Below, in pieces: positions 1-11,300 of a stretch of DNA of 60,164 bases. A program made the position numbers and the translations under genes. The stretch is from an uncultured Candidatus Poseidoniales archaeon. Lineage in GTDB: Archaea; Thermoplasmatota; Poseidoniia; Poseidoniales; Thalassarchaeaceae. The stretch lies in assembly GCA_964392975.1 (NCBI GenBank), contig CAYMRU010000002.1, positions 1-60,164 on the forward strand, given 5' to 3'. Under the pieces are notes generated by a model. It saw nothing but the letters and a program-made list of their open reading frames with translations. It searched no databases and had not been told where the DNA came from. How positions within the stretch are numbered: position 1 is the first letter of the stretch; every line of letters starts with the position of its first letter.

Positions 1-194
1 GAACCGAAGGTATTCCGAATTATCAGATACAGACGATGACGATATACATCAGAGGTGTCTATCTGCCAGGATTCGAGTTAGTTGGAACGATGATGATTAC
101 CACTCTCGCGGCGGCAGCCATAGCAGGCAGGTTCCGTGACGATGAGGGCGATGATTCGGACGAGCCCAGAGAGCTCGATGCTCGTCTGTTCTGA
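1..194 (+). CDS. 3' end of a truncated ORF: C-terminal TM anchor plus acidic tail of a membrane-anchored (probably surface) protein
   Basis: Frame 3 is open from the window edge to TGA at 192-194. It reads ...GFELVGTMMITTLAAAAIAGRFRDDEGDDSDEPRELDARLF*: a hydrophobic helix, then basic residues, then an acidic tail. The complete giant proteins in this window have the same C-terminal layout. Confidence 0.45.
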   Translation, partial: TEGIPNYQIQTMTIYIRGVYLPGFELVGTMMITTLAAAAIAGRFRDDEGDDSDEPRELDARLF

Positions 195-267
195 CCCTAG
201 TCTGAAACATTGATTAGTCAACGGGTTGATAACCGACCTCTGTGACGTGCGCATGTAGGGGAGTTCG

Positions 268-1497
268 ATGAGCGACGGAGGTCTGCTGCAGAAGGCGATA
301 GATCAACAATCTGCAGGCCAGGACGAACCGGTTTTCGTGGCCGATGTTGAATCCACTGATTCCAAGGGTCCCCTTTCCAATCCTCTCAGTTACGGTGCCG
401 GTTTAGCAGTTCTTGGACTCGTAGTTTCACTTGTAGTTTCCAGACCGAGCATCCAGAGCGATTACGCATTCTTGGGGCTCATTCCAATTCTCATGTTTGC
501 CCTCTCATTCTATTTGGTTTGGAATGCAATCGGCAGGAAGCAGACCGCCGCAATTGCCGTAGCATACATCTTACTTGCAGCATCGCCCTATCTGATAATG
601 AGCCTATCAACTGGAGAGATTACCGTTACAGATTCTGAACTATCAGATGATTCCACAACTATCACCTTGACTATAAGGGAATCAGGGGCAATAATGGGTT
701 CCTCAGTCGACTCTGCAGACGTATCAATCACATACGACGGATCCGAAGTATACTCAGAATCCATGGCCTTTTCAATTAACAGAGAGGACGGCTACGGCAA
801 GTATGGGGAAATCGATCTCACTGTAGCAGATTGGTACGATGCAAACGCAGCAGACGACGCAGAATATGTCGTGACCGTAGATGTCGGTACTTCTTCTGAT
901 TCCATGCAACTCCAGTCTCGACACCTACAGAGGACTGTCGATGACGTGAAGGGGGACACTTCTGGTGCCATGGGGACCGGTAACGACTGTGATAGTTCCA
1001 AGGAATCCTGCGTAATCGGAGTCGCCCTCAGGTCGTGGTCTGGGCTAGATGCACTCGGAGACAATCCTCCTGGGTCTCTGCCATATGCGGACTACACGGT
1101 TCAGGCTAACCTGTACTATGGCTCCAGCGTTGTAATCGCTTATCCTCTGGTCACAGTCGTGAACGGGGTCGCTGAGTGGGATTCAGGCAATGGAGAGTAC
1201 GGAGGAGGGAGCGCTCTAGTCGGTGAAGACGGCTCTGAACTACCTCTGCCCGGATCAGTCGAGTCCTTCGAACTTAACACCAAGTATGTCCCCATAGAAG
1301 ATTGGGCAGTGAGTGATTTCGGATGTTATCACTTCATAATCGAAGTCTCACAAACTTCTCCTTGGTCTGACGGATCTATTGTTTCTCACACTTCGTACTA
1401 CGAGTACACAGAGGAGGGAGGCGAGTCAGAACCAGGGGAGCCATCTGACAACCCTACAAATGAGGCATGGACCAAGGTCACCAGTTGCGATGACTAA
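268..1497 (+). CDS. hypothetical membrane protein (about 3 N-terminal TM helices plus an acidic Ser/Thr-rich extracytoplasmic domain)
   Basis: 409-aa ORF. Hydrophobic segments are GAGLAVLGLVVSLVV, FLGLIPILMFALSFYLVW and AIAVAYILLAASPYLIM, followed by an acidic beta-rich region. The composition matches neighbouring genes. No recognisable catalytic motif. Confidence 0.7.
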   Translation: MSDGGLLQKAIDQQSAGQDEPVFVADVESTDSKGPLSNPLSYGAGLAVLGLVVSLVVSRPSIQSDYAFLGLIPILMFALSFYLVWNAIGRKQTAAIAVAYILLAASPYLIMSLSTGEITVTDSELSDDSTTITLTIRESGAIMGSSVDSADVSITYDGSEVYSESMAFSINREDGYGKYGEIDLTVADWYDANAADDAEYVVTVDVGTSSDSMQLQSRHLQRTVDDVKGDTSGAMGTGNDCDSSKESCVIGVALRSWSGLDALGDNPPGSLPYADYTVQANLYYGSSVVIAYPLVTVVNGVAEWDSGNGEYGGGSALVGEDGSELPLPGSVESFELNTKYVPIEDWAVSDFGCYHFIIEVSQTSPWSDGSIVSHTSYYEYTEEGGESEPGEPSDNPTNEAWTKVTSCDD

Positions 1498-3185
1498 TAC
1501 TCGTCCTTCGAATAATCTGAGTCCTCATCCTCTACGATGGCATCCGAGGCTCGCCTGAGCATCGTGGTGCCCGCGATGACCATCGCCACAACTATGGCTG
1601 CAAGTAGAGGCAGCATTGACATAGAGTCATCTTCCTCTGGCTCCGTCCAAGTAGCACCACCAGTGGTCATACTTCCTCCTCCGAAGGCTCCATCTTCAAC
1701 CAGTTGAGTTGGAGTGAGAATCCTGCAGGTCAGCGAAGCCTCTCCAATCTGTGAGTGCCTCCATCCGAATGAAACTTCGACTGATTCTCCCGCTTCAATC
1801 CTCGCTTGCTGGTACCCTCCGATATCTGCCTCGAGACCGGTCTCAGTGACTTCACACGTGAAGTAAAGCAAAGCTGCAGCAGTGCCCCTATTGGCCAATC
1901 CGGCTACAACCGGCATCGATTGACCTCTTGCTTTGGAAGAGGATTCCTCAGGGATTTCCAAAGACTCCCACTCGACAAAAGGAGTTCCTGAATCGAGTAC
2001 AATCGACTCCGACCAGCCTAGATTCACTACTCCTCCACCATAGTTTCCTATGCCGGATGTCTGAGGATTCCAACCCGTCTCGTAAGAGATAATCTCGATG
2101 GTCGCAGACTCGGTCCAGACTGTGCCGTCAGCATAGCCAATCTCCACCACTCTCTCGTTGCCGTTATTGATGTAGGCTGTGCCATTCTCATTGCTGAAAA
2201 TCTCTTGCACAGCCTCCTGGGGGCCTATTCCAGAGATTTTGAGGACCACATACTTGGCATCCATTTGAAGCGACTGGTCTGAGACTCTCCTCTCCCACTT
2301 GTCGATAAGGTCTCCCGAGCCGACCACTCCTTCTCCCCAGAATAATTCGGAGTAAGCCCCTGCCCTGACGTCGTGGTCATCTAGACTCGCCGAGAATGAA
2401 GTCGAGCCCAGTAGATCCAACCTTCCCGAGTCATCGACTATAATCGGGCCGACCCGGTCGAACACCGTGCTATCTGCACTCAGAACCCCGTCAACAATTA
2501 ACTGACCTCCGATTAGTTCAGAGGAGGAGGACTGCATGTGCCCTGCGACGTGCAATTCGAATCCCGAATCCCCCGCACCTTTCATGTTGACAGATTCCAA
2601 ATCAGTGCCAAGGATTGTGTTCACTCCTCCAGCCGCTGTGCTGATGCTGATAGAAGCAATCGAGACCGAACTAGTCGAATATCCAGTTAGGCCAATCCAT
2701 ACATCTCCCGCACCGTCTTCGAAACTGAACGTGTGCGAACTTCCATCAAGATTGATTGAGTCATCACCGATGTGAGCAGCATCACCGTAGTAACTGTCTC
2801 CTTCCATCGCTCTCATCTCTACTTCGAAGGAGCCAGAGATTCCTTCTCCCGGGACTTTGAATCGAGACATGTTCTGCTCATCCCAGTAACCCATGCTGGC
2901 GATGGCAGTAGGCGGTGAGTCTGACCTCAGAGTGGATTGGCTGATGGTCAAATGACCTCCCTGATCGACATGGATGCTGGATCCTAGAGCCATCTCCACG
3001 TTCGCATCATCAATAGTGAGGTGGCCGCCATCAACGATTCTCACCACTCCATCCACCGACTCATCACCGGTCCAAGTCACATCTGCACTGATTACCGTTT
3101 GTGAGTCTTCAGCGAATACCGTACCCGGGACCAACAGGACAGAGGTAATTATCAGCATGGATTGTAGCAGCAGAGCAGTTCGCAT
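1494..3185 (-). CDS. secreted, C-terminally membrane-anchored surface protein (hypothetical)
   Basis: 563-aa ORF. N-terminal signal-like MRTALLLQSMLIITSVLLVPGTVFAEDS, a long Gly/Ser/Asp-rich beta-type region, a C-terminal TM helix LPLLAAIVVAMVIAGTTML, then RRASDAIVEDEDSDYSKDEY. Confidence 0.8.
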   Translation of the reverse strand: MRTALLLQSMLIITSVLLVPGTVFAEDSQTVISADVTWTGDESVDGVVRIVDGGHLTIDDANVEMALGSSIHVDQGGHLTISQSTLRSDSPPTAIASMGYWDEQNMSRFKVPGEGISGSFEVEMRAMEGDSYYGDAAHIGDDSINLDGSSHTFSFEDGAGDVWIGLTGYSTSSVSIASISISTAAGGVNTILGTDLESVNMKGAGDSGFELHVAGHMQSSSSELIGGQLIVDGVLSADSTVFDRVGPIIVDDSGRLDLLGSTSFSASLDDHDVRAGAYSELFWGEGVVGSGDLIDKWERRVSDQSLQMDAKYVVLKISGIGPQEAVQEIFSNENGTAYINNGNERVVEIGYADGTVWTESATIEIISYETGWNPQTSGIGNYGGGVVNLGWSESIVLDSGTPFVEWESLEIPEESSSKARGQSMPVVAGLANRGTAAALLYFTCEVTETGLEADIGGYQQARIEAGESVEVSFGWRHSQIGEASLTCRILTPTQLVEDGAFGGGSMTTGGATWTEPEEDDSMSMLPLLAAIVVAMVIAGTTMLRRASDAIVEDEDSDYSKDEY

Positions 3186-3209
3186 TGGTTACGATTAAAT
3201 GAGAAGGCC

Positions 3210-3953
3210 ATGAATAGTTTTGCCCGCCATTCTTCGGATAGGGTTCATTCGCTGTGCGCTTCTGGCACACCCGTGAGTGTGTCACCGCTCTTCCCTACTT
3301 CCGACTCCGCGGACTTCGCATTGAACATCCTGACAGTGCTGATGATGTACGGGCCATTCTACCTAGCCAATACAGGAGCGATGCTCTTCGGCAAGTGGAT
3401 TCCAGACAAGTTTGGCTTCAGCAGTGTGGTAGTCGACGGTGGTAAAGAATGGAGTGACGGCTACAGAATTCTGGGCGACGGCAAGACGTGGAATGGTTTG
3501 TTCGGAGGAGCCGTGTTCTCAGGTCTGCTGGCGATGTTGGCTCATCATCTTTGGAGTTCTAATTCGCCCCCGGATGCAAGGCCATTTGTCGATCCTACTC
3601 TCTTCAGCGACTCATCCGATTGGTTCTGGATCGGCGGCGAGTGGGGGGCTGCCTTTGTCATGGGCTTCACTCTCGGGCTGGCTTGCATGCTTGGCGACAC
3701 AGCCGGCTCATTCATCAAGCGTCGTCGAGGCCTCAAAAGAGAGGGAGATGAGAGTTCCAAGGCCCCTCTACTGGACACGGTTCCTTTCGCTCTTTCGATA
3801 TTCCTGTTCTCATTCTTACTCTTCGATGGACAGATTCTGACACATGAGCAATTGCATGGAGAGATTATCACATTACTGGTCTTGACTCCAATCATCCATC
3901 GCCTGTTCAATATTCTTGGTTTCCGACTCGGTCTGAAGTCAGTCCCGTACTAG
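3210..3953 (+). CDS. carS: CDP-archaeol synthase (CDP-2,3-bis-O-geranylgeranyl-sn-glycerol synthase, DUF46/CarS family)
   Basis: Family motifs are ILGDGKTWNGLFGG and GDTAGSFIKRRRG, with a polytopic hydrophobic profile. The family is usually about 170-200 aa. The real start may therefore be the in-frame TTG at 3321 (MNILTVLMMYGPFYLANTG...) or ATG at 3342 rather than ATG 3210. Confidence 0.85.
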   Translation: MNSFARHSSDRVHSLCASGTPVSVSPLFPTSDSADFALNILTVLMMYGPFYLANTGAMLFGKWIPDKFGFSSVVVDGGKEWSDGYRILGDGKTWNGLFGGAVFSGLLAMLAHHLWSSNSPPDARPFVDPTLFSDSSDWFWIGGEWGAAFVMGFTLGLACMLGDTAGSFIKRRRGLKREGDESSKAPLLDTVPFALSIFLFSFLLFDGQILTHEQLHGEIITLLVLTPIIHRLFNILGFRLGLKSVPY

Positions 3954-3983
3954 AACTCGCCCCTCGGAATCCATTATCTCCTG

Positions 3984-5270
3984 ATGGCCTCACGCGTACG
4001 TATGGGTCCCATGACAGTCTTGGTTGTCGGGAGCGGAGGAAGAGAGCACGCTCTGTGTATCGGACTTGCCAACAGCCCCTCGGTGGAAGCTGTGCACTGC
4101 TCCCCCGGCAACGCGGGCACGTCGATGGTGGCAACAAACCATGGAGTCTCCACTAGCGATATCGAAGGGATGGTCGCCTTGGCTCTTGAAGTGACTGCCG
4201 ACTTAGTCGTAGTCGGGCCAGAGGCACCACTTGTCAATGGCCTTGCAGACTCACTCAGAGAGGCAGGCGTCTCCTGCTTCGGACCCCATTCCAGTGGAGC
4301 GCGACTAGAAGCCTCAAAACTACACGCAAAGGAAATCATGAGGTCACTGGGCGTTCCCACTGGTAGCCACCTAGTCGTAGATGATAAATCTACGATTTCA
4401 AGCGCACTCGACAGTTTCGAGGCACCTTGGGTGGTTAAGCGAGATGTTCTCGCTGCGGGAAAGGGAGTTACAGTGACCTCTGACAGAGAGGTTGCTGAGA
4501 AGGCGCTGTCGGAAGGAATCGAATTGGACGACTTCGTCCTTCTTGAGGAGCACCTGTTCGGGGAAGAGGCATCCGTCCTAGTAGTAATGGATGAATCGGG
4601 TTACATCTGTCTGCCAGCCAGCCAGGATCACAAGCGAGTCGGAGAGGGCGATACAGGTCCCAACACAGGAGGCATGGGTGCTTATGCTCCCGCGCCGGTG
4701 GTTTCTGACTCCGTGATGCATCGTGTCACTAGTGAGATAGTCGAACCTATGCACCATCATCTGAGGAATCAGGAGACTCCCTATCGCGGCTGCTTGTACG
4801 TGGGGTTGATAATCGACAAGGATGGCTCGCCCGGAGTCATTGAATTCAACGTTAGGTTCGGTGACCCTGAGACACAGGTCACCCTGCCTCTGATTTCTAG
4901 TGACCTGGGTCGACTATTGCTCGCTTGCGCTGAAGGAAGGGTGGTCGATGAGGAATGCGAGTTCCATAGCCTAAGTGCAGCCACGGTCGTACTCGCCTCT
5001 GAAGGATACCCTGCATCTTCTTCTACTGGCAGGGCCATCTCAGGGAGCGAAGTCAGAATAGAGGAGGGAATGACTTCAGCATTCGTTCACTACGCCGGCA
5101 CAGCTCTGGGTGACGATGGACAACTCGTTTCATCGGGTGGAAGGGTACTTTCGGCTACTGGATTGGCCCCTTCGCTTAGCGATTCAGTGGTTGCCGCCTA
5201 TGAGTTGATGGACTGCATTGAGCTTGAAGGATCGCACTTCAGGTCCGACATCGCCTACAGGGCACTCTAG
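3984..5270 (+). CDS. purD: phosphoribosylamine--glycine ligase (GAR synthetase)
   Basis: N-terminus is MTVLVVGSGGREHALC. An ATP-grasp region contains PWVVKRDVLAAGKGV, followed by VIEFNVRFGDPETQ and a C-terminal GGRVLS. An alternative start at ATG 4011 gives the canonical MTVLVVGSGGREHA N-terminus. Confidence 0.95.
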   Translation: MASRVRMGPMTVLVVGSGGREHALCIGLANSPSVEAVHCSPGNAGTSMVATNHGVSTSDIEGMVALALEVTADLVVVGPEAPLVNGLADSLREAGVSCFGPHSSGARLEASKLHAKEIMRSLGVPTGSHLVVDDKSTISSALDSFEAPWVVKRDVLAAGKGVTVTSDREVAEKALSEGIELDDFVLLEEHLFGEEASVLVVMDESGYICLPASQDHKRVGEGDTGPNTGGMGAYAPAPVVSDSVMHRVTSEIVEPMHHHLRNQETPYRGCLYVGLIIDKDGSPGVIEFNVRFGDPETQVTLPLISSDLGRLLLACAEGRVVDEECEFHSLSAATVVLASEGYPASSSTGRAISGSEVRIEEGMTSAFVHYAGTALGDDGQLVSSGGRVLSATGLAPSLSDSVVAAYELMDCIELEGSHFRSDIAYRAL

Positions 5271-5307
5271 CGATTTCTCATGCCCTTCCACGCGACCTGC
5301 ATCAGCG

Positions 5308-5326
5308 AACCATTCTACGAATGGTT
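5308..5326 (+). terminator. perfect 8-bp hairpin (aaccattc-tac-gaatggtt) 38 nt after the purD stop; possible 3'-end or stability element
   Basis: The inverted repeat was read directly from the sequence. It is immediately followed by an AT-rich ttataa at 5325-5330, which could be a TATA-like element for the next gene (ATG 5382). Confidence 0.25.
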
Positions 5327-5381
5327 ATAACAGCCTGTCAAATCGGCGCGACGCTAGCCTACGGGCTGAACACGGTGATTA

Positions 5382-8300
5382 ATGATGAATGAGTATGATA
5401 CCGGCGCTGAATCGGGCCTCTCCCAGACGGGAGTCGCTTCCGTCCCAGCGGTGCTAGTTGCATTACTGGCACTGTTCTTTGGGACCGATTACGTCGCGAA
5501 CGGAGCTATGGAAAATGACGGATATACGCAAGTCCTGATTCTGCCCGTAGTAGCCTCTCTGGCTGCTGGGCTCGGCAGAATCGGTGCCTTCGCTTCCTTC
5601 GGCCAATTCTCCAAGCACAGGAGTACTGTCGTGATTCTAGGTTTCTTCTGTTCCGCAGTGGTTATCTCACTTGCCTACAACCTATTTGAGAGCGTCGGCA
5701 GACTGGGAGCTTTTACTTTCGCCTTTGTTGGCATTGTAACCTACACACTGACTCGATCTGACAGGAGAGAGGAATCCAGTATCTTCCTCTCTGTAGTAGT
5801 CGGATTCCACCTAGCAGTTTCTCATGCTGCAAACTCGGTTCTGAACTCGTCCGAATGGGCAGGTTCGGCACCTGACCTTATTGACGCTGAGAGGGCTGCC
5901 ATAGCATCTGTCTTCTTCGCTTTCTGGGCGACATCCATCGTTGCAGGCATGATTATCACTGCTCTGATGAGGAGCAGTTTGGATTCACCCGGGTCTGGAA
6001 CCTTAGGGACTCATCTGTCTGCTTCCAACAGGGTCCTCATGGTCACGCTATTGGCTATATTATTGGTGCAGACCATCCCGCTAGTTTGGTTGGGGCAACT
6101 ATCCGGAGTACAAGAGTTCGCAGATCACAAGTATCTGGGTTCGATTTGGGCATTCTTCACTACTGCTGTAGTACTCTTCGCCGCCTTCTGTCACTGCGAG
6201 AGATGGCATATGATTGGCGCACTGGTTTCTGTGAATTGGTTACTCTACACTGCAGGACATCTGCAAGAGATTGGAAACGAGTTCCCTAGCTTCCTCTCAG
6301 GCGAGGACACCATGAGTACATTCTCATGGTTCTTCATCGGTTTCTGGCTGAACGTAGCTACAATCATGGTTGCATCGCGCGGCTACTTCGGCGATGTATC
6401 TCCTCGACACGAACCGAGCCAGACACGAATCTGGTGGCAGAACAACTCCTACTCCATCATGGTAGCACTCGCGATTTTCGTCGCATTCGCAGTCAGAACT
6501 GGCTGGAACGTTCTACCGGCGATGAACGCCTCAGCTACGGGCCTGTGGGACATGACCGGAGGTTCGGACCCGTGGTACATGAAGCGAGTAGTCGATTACA
6601 TCGTTGCGGAGAGAAGCCACTACATCTTCGATCATGACAGAGCCTACCCGATGGGGGCCATCAATCCCCGTCCACCACTCTTTTCGTGGTCACTCGCTCT
6701 AGGTGGACTCGGCCTATCTTGGCTGCTGGAGATGCCTGCAGATCAGGCTACTTGGTGGAGCGTCGCTGCCATGCCAGCCGTCTTCGGCTCGCTGATTGTT
6801 CTTCCACTTGCTGCAATCGCAAAGAACATTCACAGCAAGGGCGCCGGAATCCTGACTGCCTGGCTGATAGCCCTCATGCCCGGACATATCTCGCATGCTA
6901 CATTCGGGCTTGCTGACCACGACTCGTTCGCTCTGCTTTTCCTTTCCATGGCATTCTACTACTGGGTCAGAGCAATAGAAAATCTGGGCACAGAGAGGAT
7001 GTTCCAAAATCCGAGCTCAAGTCCGCTGTATCTTCTCGCAGGAATCAGGGAGACTTGGCATAGGAATCCACTAGCTATGTCTTACGCGACCATGTCCGGA
7101 ATCTCATTCTCTACCGTAGCCCTTGGATGGAAGGGATTCGTTTACGGCCCGGGGATTCTGTTTCTGGCCTTCTCAGGACAGATAGTCCTCAATATGTTCC
7201 GCAGGAGGGACAGTTTGCCTCTCACAGCCGCCGCTCTACAGATGCTCCTAACTTGCTTCTTAATCCCATTGCCATTCTACATGTGGCCCGGGCTGAACCT
7301 CGTGTTCGACCCCAGCGGATTCCAGCCGATGTTCTACATCATCGGATTCACACTAGTTCTAGGATGGGTCGCATCATCATTCAGGGACAAGCCATGGCTA
7401 CTGGTTCTAGGAACTGGAGGTTTGATGATTGGAGGTATTCTAGCGATTCTTTATGTCCTACAGGAATTGGAGATCTATAGCGGATGGGACATTCTCTTCA
7501 CTGGAGGATTCTACTTCTCGAAGAACAAGATCTTCGGGACCATCGGAGAGGCTCAGGCCCCAAGCAGAGGAGTTCTGTTCGCATCATACGGGCCCGTGGT
7601 AGCACTGATTGCCGTCGGTTGTGCTTTCGTCTTGATGTGGAGAGGAGCTCGCAGGGAGCGCCAGAGCCATCTACTACTGGGCCTCTGGGTTATTATCGCC
7701 ACCTATATGGCGTGGTCCGCTGGCAGATTCATTTTCAACGCGACTCCCGCAATGGCAGTTGTAGGCGGAATAGGCCTAGCTATGCTCTGGCAAGGTGCAG
7801 ACTTCACTTCCTTCGTCAAGGAATGGCGTCGATCGGGCATTGGCACTCCTAGAACTAGATTCAGATCAGTTTGGCCAGCCACCAAGCGTAATCCGGCCAT
7901 TCCGACGATTCTTGTGATTCTGATGATGGTGGCATCGCAACACGCCACGTACGGAATAGACTCGGGCATCCCAAGAGGTGAGGCATCTGCTTCTGACGTC
8001 GATCAGACAATCCACGACATAGCCCCGGACTTCCTCCGAGCGGAACTTCTTGGGCTCTCAGTACTGAAGAGCGAAGGTTACAACCCAGACTCTCAGATGT
8101 GGTACATGGGCACTTTCGGACCTGGATTCAATAGCGGCTCTTGGAATCTAGCTTACGAATGGCTCTCTGAACAGGATTCTGATGTGAGCTTCAGCGAGAG
8201 ACCAGCCTTCGTATCTTGGTGGGACTATGGATTCCAAGCTCTGGCTCAAGGCCAACATCCTACAGTGGCTGACAACTTCCAGTCCGGAATCCCTCACAGC

Positions 8301-11300
8301 GGAGGGATGCTTCTTTCAAATAGCCAAGAAGACACTCTGTCTCTGTTCATCACAACATTAGCCCAAGGTGACCGGCGCTACAACGACGGCGAAGGATTCA
8401 CGGATGACTTCAGAACTGCTCTCTCTCAGCACATGTCAGAAGAACAACTTGTAGAGTATGACAGCATACTATCTATCGGAGTCAATGATGAGGACTTCGT
8501 CATTAATCGAGCTATGGCCATCGTGGCTACAGACGAACACACCGAACTCTTGCGAGGGTACGCTATCGACGAGGATGGAATTCCCCTGTCCAATGAGATG
8601 TGGAAGGTCCTTATTGGCGGCAATCAGATGGGTAACTCCACAGACAACGAGACAGAGGCTCTGGAGTTATACAACGCAACCAGGCTGAATAACGCCCAGT
8701 TCAAAATGGATACCACGCACTACTTGATTGGTGGCTACAGGTACACAAGTGACCTAATCGAGGACTTCAATGACGTTTCCACTGGACTACACAGGACTAA
8801 TGCGAAACTCGCTTTGAGCCGTGCATTCCTCTCCACTGCCTTCGACATGGATGAGTTGTCAGACATTTATCATGACATCACCGGCCTAGAGTACGAGGTC
8901 CAAGACTACCAAGGTACATTGGGCGAGACAGTAATTCGAAACAACGACATCCGGTATTTCGCAATCGACAACAGACTCTACCCTCTAGGAGGGGCATATT
9001 ATGGAGACTACCAATATCACCGTGGTCAGACCACCGGAATCTTCCACGCACCTACAGGCTTGTCGGGTCTCGATTTGGACGACTATATCACCTCAGTCTA
9101 CGAGACTCAGAGAGGCGATGGCCCAATCATCCCAAGAACCGCTGCAGAGTACGAGGAAGAATATCTGAACGATATCATCCGTCAAAGTTCTGGAGCATCA
9201 TCTGACTCGAATGAAATCATCAGGATGGTCGACATCGACTATCAGCAGCAGGCTGCCTTCTTCGAGACCATGGTTGCAAGATTCTACGTTGGCTACTCGA
9301 CATCCATGCTGGGATTACCGGGCGATGCAGAGCAACCTGCTCCTCACTTCTACATGTCTGGGGCGCCCGGTTCCTACTTGGAGAATGCATATCCTCTTCC
9401 AGGGGCAATGATGAATCACTTTGCTCTAGCCAACTGGTATGACGACGAGCGCTGCGAATTACTAGAAGATGGCAGTAAGGTAGACGAGGATTGTAACGAT
9501 CCCACAATAGGTTCTGCAAATACACAAGTCAAGATCATGAAGTACTACAGCGGTGCAACCTTGGAGGGCACCGTCGAGCTTGAAGGATCCGGACCTATAC
9601 CCAACGCGCGAATCCTGATTGAGCGCGATGCATTCAGCGGCGAAGAGGAAGCCGATGCCAACGGATATGTGGTCGATGCCGATGACAGGACTTACTGGAT
9701 TCCGATTGGATATGCCGATGCTGACGAGAATGGACGATTCTCATTCACAGTGCCAGCAGGCAAGATTCGTGTCTCTGCGTTCATCGGAGAAACGAATCTA
9801 GATGCAGCTAGGTCTTCGATGATGGCCGGCGATGTCGGGCAATTACTGGGTGACATCTTCCAAGAAACTTCCAATGACCGAATCGTGAATCCTATTACCG
9901 GAATTCTAGCCAATGTATCCGGCGCAACGTGGTTGTCTGAAACCATCGTCAACGTCTCAGGTGAAGCAGGACATAGTAACGGCGAGCAAATGGTGTTTGG
10001 AAACATCTCCGTGGAACCATCTCATGCTACTGGGTTGCTAGTTTGGTCGGGGGCCGAATTCTTCGACCAAGAGCCATTGACTGATGTAACGGTAGAGATT
10101 AGACCTTCATCAGAACGTGTTCAAATGGCCCCATACACGACCACTACCTCAAGCGGAATCGTCGAAGGTCGTGACTTGACCTTCGGAGGAATCGGTGAAG
10201 TCACATTCACCGGTGATGGCTCACTGGTTTCACAAGGAGTAGTAACAATCACCGACTTCACAGGTAATCACACCCAAACGATATCGCACAATCACAGCCT
10301 GACTGGAGATGGCCTGTTCTTAGGCAGCGGAACTCTTTCAGGAACTTTGCATGACGATGTGGAATTGGAGGAATGTGTTACCAGTATTATCTCGATAGAG
10401 ATTCAAGACGGAGGGAGTGGATACTCTACCTCTACCAACATTTCCATAGAAGGAGGCAGCGGCTCTGGCGCAACTGCTAGGGCATTCCTGATGGAAGAGA
10501 GTATTTCCGTAATCCAAATCACCAATGGCGGTACCGGTTATCACGTCGATGATATTGACAACATTACTATTTCAATCGAAGATTCTTCTGGTACTGGAGC
10601 TTTGGCCGTGGTCACCGAAATAGGTAATTCAGTTCCGAAGAACTCCTCCGTTTGCATGTTATCGGGAGGGGACTATCTGCTCTCGGGAAGCTTGAATGCA
10701 ACTGGACGATTCACTTCAGATGGGTCCTCATCATTCATTCGGAGTCTGAGTCATGCTACCCTCGTCGGATCTGGAACTTTCGAAGTAGACACTTCGGAGG
10801 AATTAGAGAGCTACGGGACCATTAATGGGACCTTCTCCAAAGTAGAGGGAGAAGGAATCTTCAGCGGACCGATGGTCCAATCTGGAACTTTCCACTTCAT
10901 AGATATAGTGCCCGGGAAATACGATATCACAGTTATCTTCGACGACGAAACCAGAGTCGATTTGGAAGAGTCATTCATCATCCCGTTAATTGGGAATCCC
11001 GAGGTTACCACTGTACGTATTTCCGGCGGCTCAATCAGCGGTTATCTACTCAATTCGACTGGCTCGCCAATAAATGAATCCATCGCCCTGCTCAAAGAAG
11101 GCGCAACCACAGCCGATGCCTCGGAGATTTGCGGCGAGTCAGACTCGACTTCGTGTCTACTGATTCCTGATGCCGATGGATTCTTCGAGTTCGGACCAAT
11201 CATACCCGGGAATTACACCGCTCAGACTGATATCGATGGAGATGGATTCCCTGAGTTATCTGAGGACTACGTGTTCGAACCCGAATCGGACCTTTCGGTC

